DNA of 64,000 nt from Paraspadella gotoi (Eukaryota > Animalia > Chaetognatha), in contig CM119266.1 in assembly GCA_051294375.1 (NCBI GenBank), positions 23,130,402-23,194,401 on the forward strand, in the 5' to 3' direction. A program made the translations under genes and the position numbers. The notes under the pieces were generated by a model. The model had not been told where the DNA came from. It worked only from the letters and a program-made list of their open reading frames with translations, and did no database searches. Shown in pieces: positions 52,222 through 64,000 of this stretch; the stretch's first letter is position 1; each line of letters opens with the position of its first letter.

Positions 52222-53124
52222 TAAAAAAAAAATCTTAAAAGAATAGGATGGAGCCTCCTTTCAATGATAACGAAATATTGATGCGATGATAACCAAAGGA
52301 TTGATGCGATGATAACCAAATGATCGATGCGATGATAACCAAATATTGATGCGATGATAATCAATAATTTATGCGATGATAACCAAATGATCGATGTGAT
52401 GATAACCAAATGATTAATGTGATAATAACCAAATGATAGTCATTCATTGATGTGATGATAATCATTCATTGATACGATGATAGTCATTCATTGATGCGAT
52501 GATAGTCATTCATTGACGCAATGAATCATTCATCATAAATAAAACAAACATGCGTATATGAGTGAAAGAGAGAGAGGAAGAGAGAGAGAGAGAGAAAGAA
52601 AAAGAGAGAGAAAGAAAGAGAATAAATCCACGAAAATCTCGGATGTAAATTTGGGATTTTGCATTGAGAAAAAAGCGTGGAATAAATGGCGATAATAAAA
52701 GTTTTTAAAAAGAAAAAAAATAATCAAAATTTGAGATTTATTCTCTTTCTTTCTCTCTCTCTTTCTTTCTCTCTCTCTATTTCTCTCTCTTTCACTCATA
52801 CACGCATTTGTTTGTTTTATTTATGATGAATGATTCATTGAGTCAATGAATGACTATCATTGCATCAATGAATGACTATCATCGTATCAATCAATGATTA
52901 TCATTACATCAACCATTTGGTTATTATCACATCAATCATTTGGTTATCATCACATCGATCATTTGGATATCATCGCATCAATTATTGGTTATCATCGCAT
53001 CAATAATTGGTTATCATCGCATCAATATTTGGTTATCATCACATCAATCCTTTTGTTATCATTGCATCAATAATTGGTTATCATTGAAGGTAGGCTCGAT
53101 CCTATTCTTTTAAGATTTTTTTTA
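52222..53124. mobile_element. ~0.9-kb foldback element whose arms are a 20-bp minisatellite plus (GA)n
   Basis: Arms 52222-52628 / 52735-53124 are complementary. Unit is about ATTGATGCGATGATAACCAA. Confidence 0.85.
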
Positions 53125-53258
53125 ATATATATTATTTTTCATTCATGCCAGTATTTTAAAATGAATAAATAGTCAGTTATAAAGAGTATTAATGATGTTT
53201 TATGTAGTGTTGATAAAATATTTTTCTGTATTGTAATTTTAAAACAAATTGCAACTAT

Positions 53259-53492
53259 TGAAGAGACAGTAATAATTGTTATGTGTTAGTGACAGAACCG
53301 TTCAATATAAGCAGTCCCTGAACTTCGGATCAGGCTGTAACATCGTGTTACAGGGGGGTTAAGCGGCCCGTCCCTCTTAATTGCTAGGTGGCCACCGGGC
53401 TAGAACCCCGGACCTTTGGGTTGGGAGACAAATGACTTGCCTCCGGCACCAATGGCCGCTGATGAACAGTTGGTGGATTTTAGTCCACCATA
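53259..53492 (-). mobile_element. TRIM family 1 solo LTR
   Basis: 234 bp, TSD CTAT, ending 47 bp upstream of the S6 exon. Confidence 0.9.
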
Positions 53493-53539
53493 CTATTTTA
53501 TTGCGATGAAAAATACTATGTTTATTTATTTTTTCACAG

Positions 53540-53659
53540 ATCATTACTTTTTTGGCTTCATGGTGGTTTGTGTTTACAATGGGTCAAGTCAATGGTTATG
53601 TAAGTGCTTTCTATTCAATTCGAACTGCAAACAGAGTCAAGACAACAAGCTGGTTAAGG
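53540..53659 (+). CDS. Exon: S6 and start of C-linker (IITFLASWWFVFTMGQVNGYVSAFYSIRTANRVKTTSWLR)
   Basis: Acceptor ttttcacag, phase 0. In-phase donors at 53600 (gtaagt) and 53660 (gtatgt). Confidence 0.7.
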
Positions 53660-53969
53660 GTATGTTGAAAAAAAATGAATTGGCAAGTTTAAGGTAGTCC
53701 CAAAAGTTAGAAATATACAGACATCGAGTTTCATAAAGAACACTTAATCAGACGTATAAATAAATAGTTTTCTTATAAAAATATTTAACTTTAATGCATC
53801 GAACATGAGAGATCCCGAGATCGAATACGTCATTTCATATCTTTTTAAAGTTAAAGACCGGTCAAGCCGGTCAAAAAAAAACAAAAGATACTAGGGAACC
53901 TGGCGGATATTTGCGAATTTTTCATAAAAAGAGTATCTTTTGCCTGTGAAATCTAACGATTAGGTTAAT

Positions 53970-56176
53970 TTTTTTAGTCGGTTTTGCTTTCAGCAGATCA
54001 CTTTGTCGGTCCGTCGGTCCGCCCCCTCAATCTTGTCGGGCATTCACTTATATCATGTCAGAACATCGAATTATGATAAATTAAGCAAAAAAAAAAGATG
54101 TCCGTCCGTCCGTCAATCCGTCCATCCGTCCATCCCACCTTAGCAAAAAACACAAATTACTCGTGATTGGATGGATGGATTGGAATGAAATTTTGTGTGT
54201 GGGAAGGGAAGGGTGTGATTGAGCTGGATATGAAGTTTCGATGGAATCGTGCGAGTGGAAATGAGTTTAAATGGAAAAACAAAAAAATATATTTCACTAT
54301 TTGAACACCAATTACTCATGAGTGGATGGGGCGATTGACTTGAAATTTTGTATTTGGTGTGTGATTAAACTGGAAATCAAGTTTCGATGGAATCGTTTAA
54401 GTGGAAATGAGTTTAAATAGAACCAAATTCCTAAACTCGATCCCAAACCTTTTTTCATAATGTTTTTATATTTTTGTATAGAGAATGACTGGAATAATGT
54501 AAATCTTAAGTTACGTCTAAATTGGCCCATGGGTTTAGAAGAAATCGATCAAAAACAACCAAAATTCCTCTCCCTTTTTTCAACATTTTCCCCTTTTAAG
54601 ATTTTCGTCGATTCTGACTTCCTCTTACAAACTTTAATTCCGCTAGTTAATTTTTTTTCCTTAAACGAACAAAAGGAATCCATAACTTTCTATTATTTTA
54701 TAATTTCTGGGTAAAAAAATATAATGAATTACATTAACATTGGAATATTATGAAAGTATAATGTCTTGTGAAGCCTGTGAGAGTTAAATAATTAAAAAAT
54801 TCGCCTATTTTATTATTGAAAAATGACAGTAAAGTGAAGAAGTTGAATGTCTTCCGGCTCATTTCAGTAAACATCCCTGTTCTCTAGCATAATATAATGT
54901 TTACTTTTTGCTGGTGGAAAAGAAAGATAAATACTTAGGCTGTAATGGGGTGAATAATATTTTGTAGAATTTTGTAAGCATGCTTGTAATATCAGCCAAG
55001 CAAATATTTAAGTTAAATAAAAAATTATATTTTCTTTATCCAAAAAACTTTAAAGTTTTACTAGAGTACAATTTAGCCTTTTTCTTTCAGAATCACTAAA
55101 AAGAATTTAATTTTCATTTATTTTTATGGGGTTTCATTAGTTTTAAAATTCATTATAATTTTGACTTAGTTTGACACTCACCCTGTAAAGAGGTTTCAGC
55201 GAAAATAATTCTAATATTGTAGCTTGTATGTGCCCAATGATTATGGCTTCATTTTGGTACTATTGCCATCCCTGTATCTTTGTTCCTTCAAAAGATATCA
55301 GGAAAAATCAGTTTTTTCTCTCAACCTTCCTTTTAATTTCTTATTAAATAAAAATTTCATGTTGTCAAACCAGACCAATGGACTTTACCACGTTGGTTTA
55401 CTATAAAGAGTTTGGTCAATAATGAAAAGAAAAATTTGGCAAGCTCTTGAGACAAGAGGCTTTCTAAATCTCATAATTCAAAGTAATATTTATAATGTTA
55501 ACATACCCTAGCCCCGTTTACAGTTTTCGAAAGCAAAATTTCCCGTTCATTTCTTTAGAGAGAGCACCGTTCATTTCTATAGTAAAAACAAGGTTTGAAA
55601 ATTCTCCGGAGATGACTAGTGCATTTCCCCTGGCTTGTTTGATATTAAATCCTTTATCTAATGCCATAAGACGAATTTGGCTAGCTCTTAAGATATAACG
55701 CTATCGGAATCGCGTGTTTTTACAACTGTTTTTTACCCGAATTTCTCGCAATCTCGTTTGCAATTTGAGTAGTCAGATTTTAACGGAAATCTCTATTAGA
55801 AAAATGTTGAATTTTTTTTTAAGCGAGATTCTCGTCTAGTTTAAATGAAAAAAAACAAAGAACCTGTTTCACTAATCGATTATGCTTCTTTTTCTTTTTA
55901 TTTTAAATGTAAATGCAAGATGTATAAATTAATCAAATAATAATAATCAGTTAATTGATCAATTAGTCAATTAATTAATAAATAATTAATTAATCCGTCA
56001 ATTAATCAATCAAAACAGACATTTCGGATCAAATTGCCTAATTAATTAAATAATTGACTTGAATTACTTAATTATTAATTAATTAAATAATTAACTTGAA
56101 TTATTAATTAATTATTAATTAATTAATTAATTACCGATAATGATCGTGGGCAGATGTTGTTTGCTCAAACTTGTTT
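53970..56176 (+). mobile_element. HINE element split by a 1.4-kb insertion
   Basis: 5' end, (GTCC)n, two core repeats, TTAA tract and 3' end gtttgctcaaacttgttt. Confidence 0.75.
54419..55837. mobile_element. Unclassified 1419-bp insertion with a 9-bp duplication AGTTTAAAT
   Basis: The HINE core is interrupted at 54410-54418 and resumes at 55838-55846. Confidence 0.6.
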
Positions 56177-58921
56177 AATAAAATATAAATTATTAATAAT
56201 ATTTTCTATGTTTTATTAATAATTTCATAATGCTTAATAATTTTACGAGTTTTTAGTAGCAGCATGTGATTTTTAATAGTTTTTTCTATTTTTTATAAGA
56301 AAACAGTTTAGAAATTAATCGCTATTTTTTGTTTTGCTTTACTGAAATTCAGTCTGAACATATATCTAAAGTCAGGGTCAAGATAGCTTATTTATTACAT
56401 GAATGGATAATTTTTATATTGGTTTTACCAATTTCATATATTTGAAGAAAAATTAATTTAAAATCCGATCTTATATAGTCAAATGATAAATAACAATAAA
56501 TATAGTTAATATTTAATAAAAGATGAATTTTATTTTTTTTTAACAATGGCAATGTTTATACATAAACATAAATGCTTGATTTGATTACAATTTATGCCCG
56601 TCTTTTTATTTTTATTATTATTATTATATTATAAAAGTCATTTTTTCTATGTACTATAATTTCATTTTTATAACTATTAATAGGCCAATAATTCAGGATG
56701 AATGAGGGTTTGAGCATCCATAGTCAACTTTTTTTTTCAATTATAAAAAATTATCTCGATGTTTTTTTTTAGTGTTTAGTCATGGTATTATTTCATTTAA
56801 TTTGTTGTTTGATTTAGAAACAAAATAATAACTTTTTAATGGTTAACAATAACGACATAATGTTTTTACATAAAAACAGACATTTTCTGACTAATTGTTA
56901 GCCTTCATCGTTGTTGTTGACAATTAAAATGTTATCATATTGTCTTTGATTTTTTAATCATAATTTTTTTAATGACTTTTTCAATTTTGTTGATTGAAGA
57001 ATTAACAAAGCCTTCTATCATTATTTACAGACAACAAGTTTTGATTGATTTTATAATTAATTGACATGTTTGGACTATCTCTTCAAATTTTGATTTAAAA
57101 AACTTCTAAAACATTGTAGAAGACGAAAATAATAATAATAAAAGTGAGGAGAAGGTGAAGAATTGTGACGATGTAAGAGAAGTAGAAAAGAAGTGAGACT
57201 AGCTCTCTCCTGATCCACTTTTATCATCGCCCGGACCAACTTGACCTTACGGTCGCCTCGGCCCTATTGCTGTGTCCGGTCAATCTAAGGTCATTGCCAA
57301 AGCTAAGGCAAAGTGACCGTGTGAAATAGACCGGCTCGAAGAAAGAGGAGAGAGGAAGGGTTTAGAGAGAGAGACCGGTGGTAAGTCGCCTCAACATAAG
57401 CATTTCTTTTAAATCTTGGAAGTTAAGTTTTCTCTCTCAAGTGCTCTCTGTTTGCTTTTATAAATGAAAGTAGTTTCATTCAGAATTACAAAATTATGTT
57501 CAGAATATTAAACAAATTAATAGAAACAGTTTATTTTTACAATATCAAAAAATAAGTTCCGGTTCATGTTGCCTCAAACACAAAAATGATCTATGTATTT
57601 GTTATTCAAATTTAGTAATATTTATTAGACAGTATTTAATTTTCTTCCTGATCATTCAAATAAATAAACTTAAATCATTGATTCTGCTACTGAATGGATC
57701 CTTTTCCTTTATCTATATGTATATAGTGAGAATTTATCAATAAGCTTTCAGTTTTTAGCTTTTAACCTTTTATTTTATTTTTATTTAGTTGAAGAGAAAA
57801 ATATTTTTCAAATATTATGATTATTAAAAAATTTTCTCTTTTAATGCTACTTACGCAACGAAACCGAAAGAATAAAACTAAAATTTCCTGTTGAGAATTT
57901 TTTTTTTCTGAAATAGTTGACTAAAAATTACTTTTAAAAATTATCCATCTATAGAAAAATATTCATTAATAATTTTAAACAATTTAAATTCTTTCTTTGC
58001 AATAATTTTTAAAATATAATTTTTTTAATTAATTATAGTTATATTAATATTATTTTATATTATTATTAATATTGATTAATAATGTTTTTATAATATTAAT
58101 ATTATTATTATTTATCTTAATATTTTACTTTTATTGCTTATTTTCATCTTAGTTATCAAGTTTTTTCATATTTACCTATTTATTAAAGCACATATAATGG
58201 TAACTTAAACGATTGAATTATACAATTTATAAAAGTTTATTATATGTAATAAGGATTTTAAGCAAGCAAAATAGTTAATTTTTGTCTTATTTATATTAGT
58301 ATAAATACTATAAACTATTTATATTTATAAAATTTATATTCTAAAAACTTTAATATTTAATTATTTATAATATTACAATTATAAAACGTTTAAAATTACG
58401 CGAATAAAGAGAGTCATCGTTATCTGATCTTAAGCTAATTTGCATAATTTCGGAGCCAGATAAAAATCGATCGGGATCTCTCATTTTGAAAATTTCAAAT
58501 CGAATAAAAGGTGTTTTAAATAAAGTATATATATGTGTGATCACTTGTGTAAACGTTTTTGAAAATCTAAATCCATCTTGATACACTATTTAAGGTGTTC
58601 AGCCACAGTTGCTTTATATTGACTCTTTTTTAATAAATTGGTACAACCAATATAAAAATTATCCTTTAATTTAATAAATAAGCTATCTTGTCCCTGACTT
58701 TCAACCGGCTTTGGTTGTTTTAGGCCTCCATCATACATGATAATAACATAGCAGGTCCCTGTTTATTGTTTATTGTTTATTCACTCCAAGTAAACCTGGG
58801 TTCTCTATTAATGAAGTGGTATAATATTTCAAAAAATGTTTTAATTGTATGAAAAGACCACTTTCTTAAGTATTAGATAATAGATATATTGTACTCTGCA
58901 CTCGCATCAAAACACAAGGAG

Positions 58922-59278
58922 TATGGTGGACTAAAATCCACCAACCATTCATCAGCGGCCATTGGTACCGAAGGCAAGTCATTCGCCTCCCAACCCAAAG
59001 GTCCGGGGTTCTAGCCCGGTGGTCGCCTAGCAGTTAAGAGGGACGGGACGGTGTTACAGCCTGATCCGAAGCTCAGGGACTGCTTAAATTGAACGGTTCT
59101 GTCACTCACGCATAAAATTAATTACTGTCTCTTCATTGGTGAGCTTGACTTCCAAACACAACAGCAACAACAACACTTTTAGGCGACATGCCTCAACCTG
59201 GCGATGCACTTTCTGCCAACAACACATCAGGCAACATACCTCAACTTAGGGACGAACTTTTCACCAACAACAACAATT
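58922..59278 (+). mobile_element. TRIM family 1, 5' LTR + PBS + truncated internal region
   Basis: LTR 58922-59135 (about 20-bp deletion) followed by TTGGTGAGC PBS. Confidence 0.9.
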
Positions 59279-61557
59279 TACTTATATCAATGAATGACTA
59301 TCATCGCATCAATAATTGGTTATCATTGAAGGTAGGCTCGATCCTAGCAACATTTCTTTTGTTTTGTTTTCCTAATTCTTTAAGGAATCCCACAGTTCCA
59401 GGATCCACACTCGCTCAATCCACCACTCGCCGCGAGAAAGCACGCTACAAGCTCACAGAAGTGGTGGGCCACAGGTTTTTGTAAAAGAGGTAAAACCCTG
59501 CGCAGGATTAGAACAATGTACATGTTACGAGTATGTTGACATAGAACTGTCACCTTGTTTGAAACTAACGAATTAAAATCGTCTCTCCATTAATACAAAA
59601 TGGAAACTCTGGATACAGGATCCACCATGTGTATCACATATTTTCAATTATATTAAAGTTATATGGGAGAATATTTGATTAAAATAATAAATAGTCTCAA
59701 TTTTATATTTTATTTGAATAATGATAAATGTTAATCATGTTTAATACTAAGTTATTGAAATACTTTCAGATGAGAGAATTATAACCCACTGCTGATTTGG
59801 TTGTAAATGTGAATGTATAATGGCGCCTTGTATGCATGAGTATGCTTCTTGACTGGGTATTACTTCCCTCTTCTAAATGTTCTATGAATCTAACCTTGTT
59901 TCTCAAATGATAAACAAAACCTGTTTTATAATATTAATATTTAAAAATATTTTATGAAATGAAATGATATAGATGATAAAATATTTGTTTTGCAACTGTT
60001 TTTGTTGCTTTTCCTGTTATATTCTGCACATCCCTCACGCTTGCTTTTTGTCATATATACTCTTCACGCCTTGCACGCGTTGTTGTTGTCTTGTTCTTTT
60101 GCAAAAGAAAAGAAAAGGTTTTAAAATTTTATCATGGAATAAATAAGAAATCAGTTACTTTCCAAATTTTATTTTGTTATTCATAATGTTAATACAATGT
60201 TTAGGAATAATAATTAAATATCAGTTATAGTGATAAAGTAACTGTATTGATGATAATAATTAAATGATGATATTTTTTTTTTTTTTGATGCATTTAATAT
60301 TTTTTTTTGGAAGAGGGACATGTGTGCATGTAAAATTTTTGAAAAAAAATGCTTGAATTGCGTTGTACACAGAATCTTGCAATGATTAGGAACTTGCAAA
60401 ACATTCAGCTCATAGTGAGAGACTGAACACATCTTAAATACAGGCGGCATGGACCCCCTGGTGACCAAAGGTCAAAAGTCAAAGGTTACGAGAAAAGGTT
60501 ACATTTAGACGATTGGAGTCAACGTTTTATTTTATGTGACGGCTCAAGTAATAATCATGGGAATGGCAAAGTTAATTAATTTAATTAATATTTAATTTGT
60601 TAGTAGTCTATTCATTTACAGTAAGAATTAAATTGCATTCCTATTTGTGATGATTCACCTCATATTAAAGAACTCTAATCACCGATACGGTTGAAATTGG
60701 TGATTCCGCATTAGAATGTGCGGGACTGATTCGTCACATTGTTTCTAGCAACGACAGTAAACAGCTAATCAAATATGTCATAATTATTATCAACTCACTT
60801 ATTCTTCTTAAAAAGTATATTGATAGTATTTTTAGATCATTCAATATCAACCACTTATTTTATATTTTATTGATATTGTAATTTTATCATCAATCTCAAT
60901 CACTTAATTAATTTTTAAGCTTCAGGAAGCACCATAGATGCCGGTGGTGCTATCGGCGATTGACAACAAGATGAGGATGCGAAACCATGGTTCTCTGGCC
61001 AGCCTATGTCGAGGATCCCATAGTTGGTGTAATTGCACACTTGATAAAAGAAATATTTTATCAGACTTTTTTTGCATCAATATGAGTTTGGATAGATTAG
61101 TAGCAAAAGTTTTGATATTAAAATTCGAGTTATTAGCCAGCTATTAAGACGAGTCTAAACAAATTTCAGAATCAGTTTCTAAGCTAGACAATGGCTTACA
61201 CACACCTGTCAGAGTTAGTCTGAGGTTGCCGAAGAAATATTTAAACAATTTTAGCTTTTTGGTTTCACATTTTGGTTATCAAATATTGGTTTTGATTGAT
61301 TGATTATTGATACTGTATTTTAATTAGAATTTCTACAGATCTGTTCCTTTTATTCCTTTATGACGCGTCTCTTTTTTTTTAGTGTTTATAACTATTTAGC
61401 ACATTTATCCAACTTGTTTTAATCCTAATTATTTAGTGCATTTACCTTTTCCTCCTGAGCCACGTGTATTGTTTAGTATTTTGTTTTTGCTCCGTCCTCC
61501 ATTTCTTTTCGTTTTCTTTTGAATAATTAATAGTAACTTTAATTAATTATATTTTAG

Positions 61558-61685
61558 GAGGGCGGTGTCAGAATACTCTGGTGCAACCCAAAGAAATCTC
61601 GGCCCAGTGTTTTTAGAAATGACCACTTTTCTTTCTTTGTAAAATGTAAACAATTGTACTTCGTCGATTCTGTCGCGAAATCTTG
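61558..61685 (+). CDS. Candidate C-linker exon (EGGVRILWCNPKKSRPSVFRNDHFSFFVKCKQLYFVDSVAKS)
   Basis: Acceptor attttag, open frame in phase 0, donor gtagtt. Linkage to the next exons is unresolved. Confidence 0.35.
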
Positions 61686-62055
61686 GTAGTTTTAGCCGTG
61701 GCTCCGAAGGAAACGTTTCCCTTTGAATATTATTTTGTATTTGTTTACCTTATATATATTACAATAGATATTACAAACCCCTGTGTTTTTTATAGGCCAA
61801 GAGAATTCGTCAGAAACTATCTCGTAGCTAGAGTATAGTGTACAAACCGCTTATGATCGTGGGAGGATCCGGCATTGTTTCTCAAACTTGTTTTCATATA
61901 TACCGATTGGTAATTATGTAGCCTGTTAAAACTTTTACGCAAGTTGAAAACATTCGAACATTTGAGGTATGAAAAGCTACATAAAAGTTTTCAAGCAAAA
62001 AAAATAAATCCCAAATTCTATATATATTTTGATCTAAAGAAAAAAATTTTAATAG

Positions 62056-62191
62056 GTACCTTAGGGGATATTGTTGATGATTACTTCTTGCTGGCAAAAG
62101 GAATTGTCATCCAAATAGATGGTGACAACAATTCTTGGAAAACAGGGTCTGGGAGCAATTTAGGATTGATCAGTTATTGGACTGGAACCAG
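62056..62191 (+). CDS. Exon: CNBD beta-roll (GTLGDIVDDYFLLAKGIVIQIDGDNNSWKTGSGSNLGLISYWTGTR)
   Basis: Acceptor ttttaatag, donor gtatgt. Matches the 'GD....YF...G.V..........GS.(F)G......R' CNBD pattern. Confidence 0.7.
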
Positions 62192-62443
62192 GTATGTTTT
62201 AAAATCATCTCGCTGTATTAATTTTTAGCCGGATCTGCTTATCAGCAGGTCCCGACTCTATAATCCACTTATATTAGAAAACCAAAAGACACATTCATTT
62301 TAATTTATAAAAGTTTCTCTAAATATATTTTCAGAGTCATGATTCTGGTAGGATTAGATTCAATTGATAACTGAGAATAGATTCGGTCTTTGCATACCAG
62401 AAGAAAATTGAAAGTTAGTAGAAATTGTGGCGACGAAGGTTTC

Positions 62444-62940
62444 GCCACCATGGGTCAACCCGAATTGGCCACTGTGTTTAGTGGTCGCAAAGGAAACCGG
62501 CTACTAATCTCTCTCTCTTACTTAACCGGTGCCTCTCTCATTGTAGTTAGTCTTGCACGGTCTTTTATATTGAACGTCTGTCTCATATACATTTTGCCAA
62601 TACATGTTATTATGTACCCAAACATAACTAGTGAGCCCGACGAGAACACGCAAAAATCCTGACCAAAACTACAGTGCATAAATCAACTGTCACGAATTAA
62701 GATTAATATCTGGAACTAAGTATGACTTGTCTATTTGTTTCTTCTGTCTACGACGCCAAAGGACCAAAAGAAAAATCTCTCTATAATGCAGTATTAAGAA
62801 TCTTGAAAGAAGACACCAGTTATGTTGGGGTACATAATAACATGTATTGGCAAAAATGTATATGAGACAGACGTTCAATGTACAAGACCGTGCAAAACTA
62901 ACTACAATGAGAGAGGCACCGGTTAAGTAAAAGAGAGAGA

Positions 62941-63014
<74 letters not shown>

Positions 63015-63077
63015 AGTAGCCGGTTTCCTTTGCGACCACTAAACACAGTGACCAATTCGGGTTGACTCCATGGTGGC
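62444..63077. mobile_element. Inverted-repeat element with an asymmetric (GA)n
   Basis: Arms 62444-62633 / 62814-63077 are nearly complementary. Confidence 0.8.
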
Positions 63078-63134
63078 TAGAGCATTCAAATATAACAAAA
63101 TATAAGCAATTAAATTCCATTCATAGTTATTTTA

Positions 63135-63979
63135 CTGTAAAAAGGTCTGAAGAATTCGAGGGTGATGACCAATTTTTTGTATAATTTCATCTTTCTTGTC
63201 GGAAATGACGATTTTTAATGTATATAAAATGCTAATAAAATAGGGCAAACATTATAAGATATGATAATTCAAATTATTAATTTTTTTTTAAAATTTACAT
63301 GAGCTTTTGAAATATAAAATAAAGACCTATAAAAATATTTTGGTAAAAATATTTCTCAATTTTATGTTTTATTAAAAGTTAGTTAGCTATATTTATTAAT
63401 AATTATGAATAAAAATTAGGTTAAAGTTAAAAAATAATAATTTAAATTTTTTTATCCAGGATTCGCATTCCTTGCAAAAAGTTGATATAAGAAAATATAA
63501 TTTTTATTAAAAAATTATGTCATTAAGTTAGTCAAAATTTAGAAAAACTATAATTTTAACCCAAAAATGGTAAAATTAAACAAATATCATAGTTTTTAAT
63601 ATTTTTAACCAACTTAATGAAAGAATTTGTTAAAATAGATTATACTTTCTTATATCAACTTTTTGCAAGGAATTCAATCCGGTTTTAAAATTTCAAAATA
63701 TTTATTTTTCACTTTAGCTTATTTTTAATTACTAATTATTAATAAATATAGCTAACAAGCTGTTAATAAAATATAACATTTGTAAATAAACTTACCGAAA
63801 TATTTTTATGGGTCTTTATTTTCATATTATATAAGCTAAATATAACTTTTATAAAATTTTAATAATTTGCGCCATTTTAATAGCACCTTATATGCCTCAA
63901 AAATCGTCATTGGCGACAGGGAAGATAAAACTATACCAAAAAATGGTTATCTCATCGAATTCTTCAGACCTTATTACAT
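63135..63979. mobile_element. Old palindromic MITE flanked by TA
   Basis: aaggtctgaagaattcga / tcgaattcttcagacctt near the ends. Diverged arms meet near 63570. Confidence 0.75.
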
Positions 63980-64000
63980 TAAAACAATAATGAATGAAAT

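Larger units (their letters stand above)
2081..62191 (+). other. Partial multi-exon host gene: divergent cyclic-nucleotide-gated / CNGK-like channel (CNBD - TM/pore - CNBD)
   Basis: Nine to ten short AG..GT exons whose phases mostly chain correctly. Translations give a CNBD C-terminus, hydrophobic TM segments, a pore-like TITFGVGD, an S6/C-linker and a CNBD beta-roll. The gene start and end were not identified in the window. Confidence 0.65.

Noticed and set aside
58365-58586. Minus-strand exon-like ORF, also 51894-52220
   Set aside because: No recognisable motif or partner exons.
61796-61832. Small exon PREFVRNYLVAR, and a terminal exon near 62335
   Set aside because: The phase does not join to the 62056 exon, and the 62335 peptide does not look like a CNBD end.

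Overview
AT-rich, repeat-dominated eukaryotic (probably invertebrate animal) DNA. Almost all ORF-track entries are tandem-repeat or transposon artefacts. A spliced + strand host gene, missed by the ORF track, spans nearly the whole window in short GT-AG exons with matching phases. It reads as CNBD end, transmembrane segments, a pore-like T-x-G-V-G-D, S6/C-linker, then a second CNBD, suggesting a divergent multi-repeat cyclic-nucleotide-gated (CNGK-like) channel. Its introns hold: two LTR/TRIM families with tRNA-like modules in the LTR and 4-bp TSDs (Helenus-like); Penelope-like pieces with minimal hammerhead ribozymes; Helentron-associated (HINE/DINE-1-like) elements full of tandem repeats; several large foldbacks (up to 3.07 kb); and LINE and Tc1 remnants. 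The most unusual structure is a ~15-kb array (34.35-49.27 kb). In it, internally deleted Gypsy pol segments alternate with a long imperfect palindrome whose two paralogous arms each carry an outward-facing tRNA-like head and a hairpin with compensatory substitutions. All coordinates and identities were read by eye; no searches were run.
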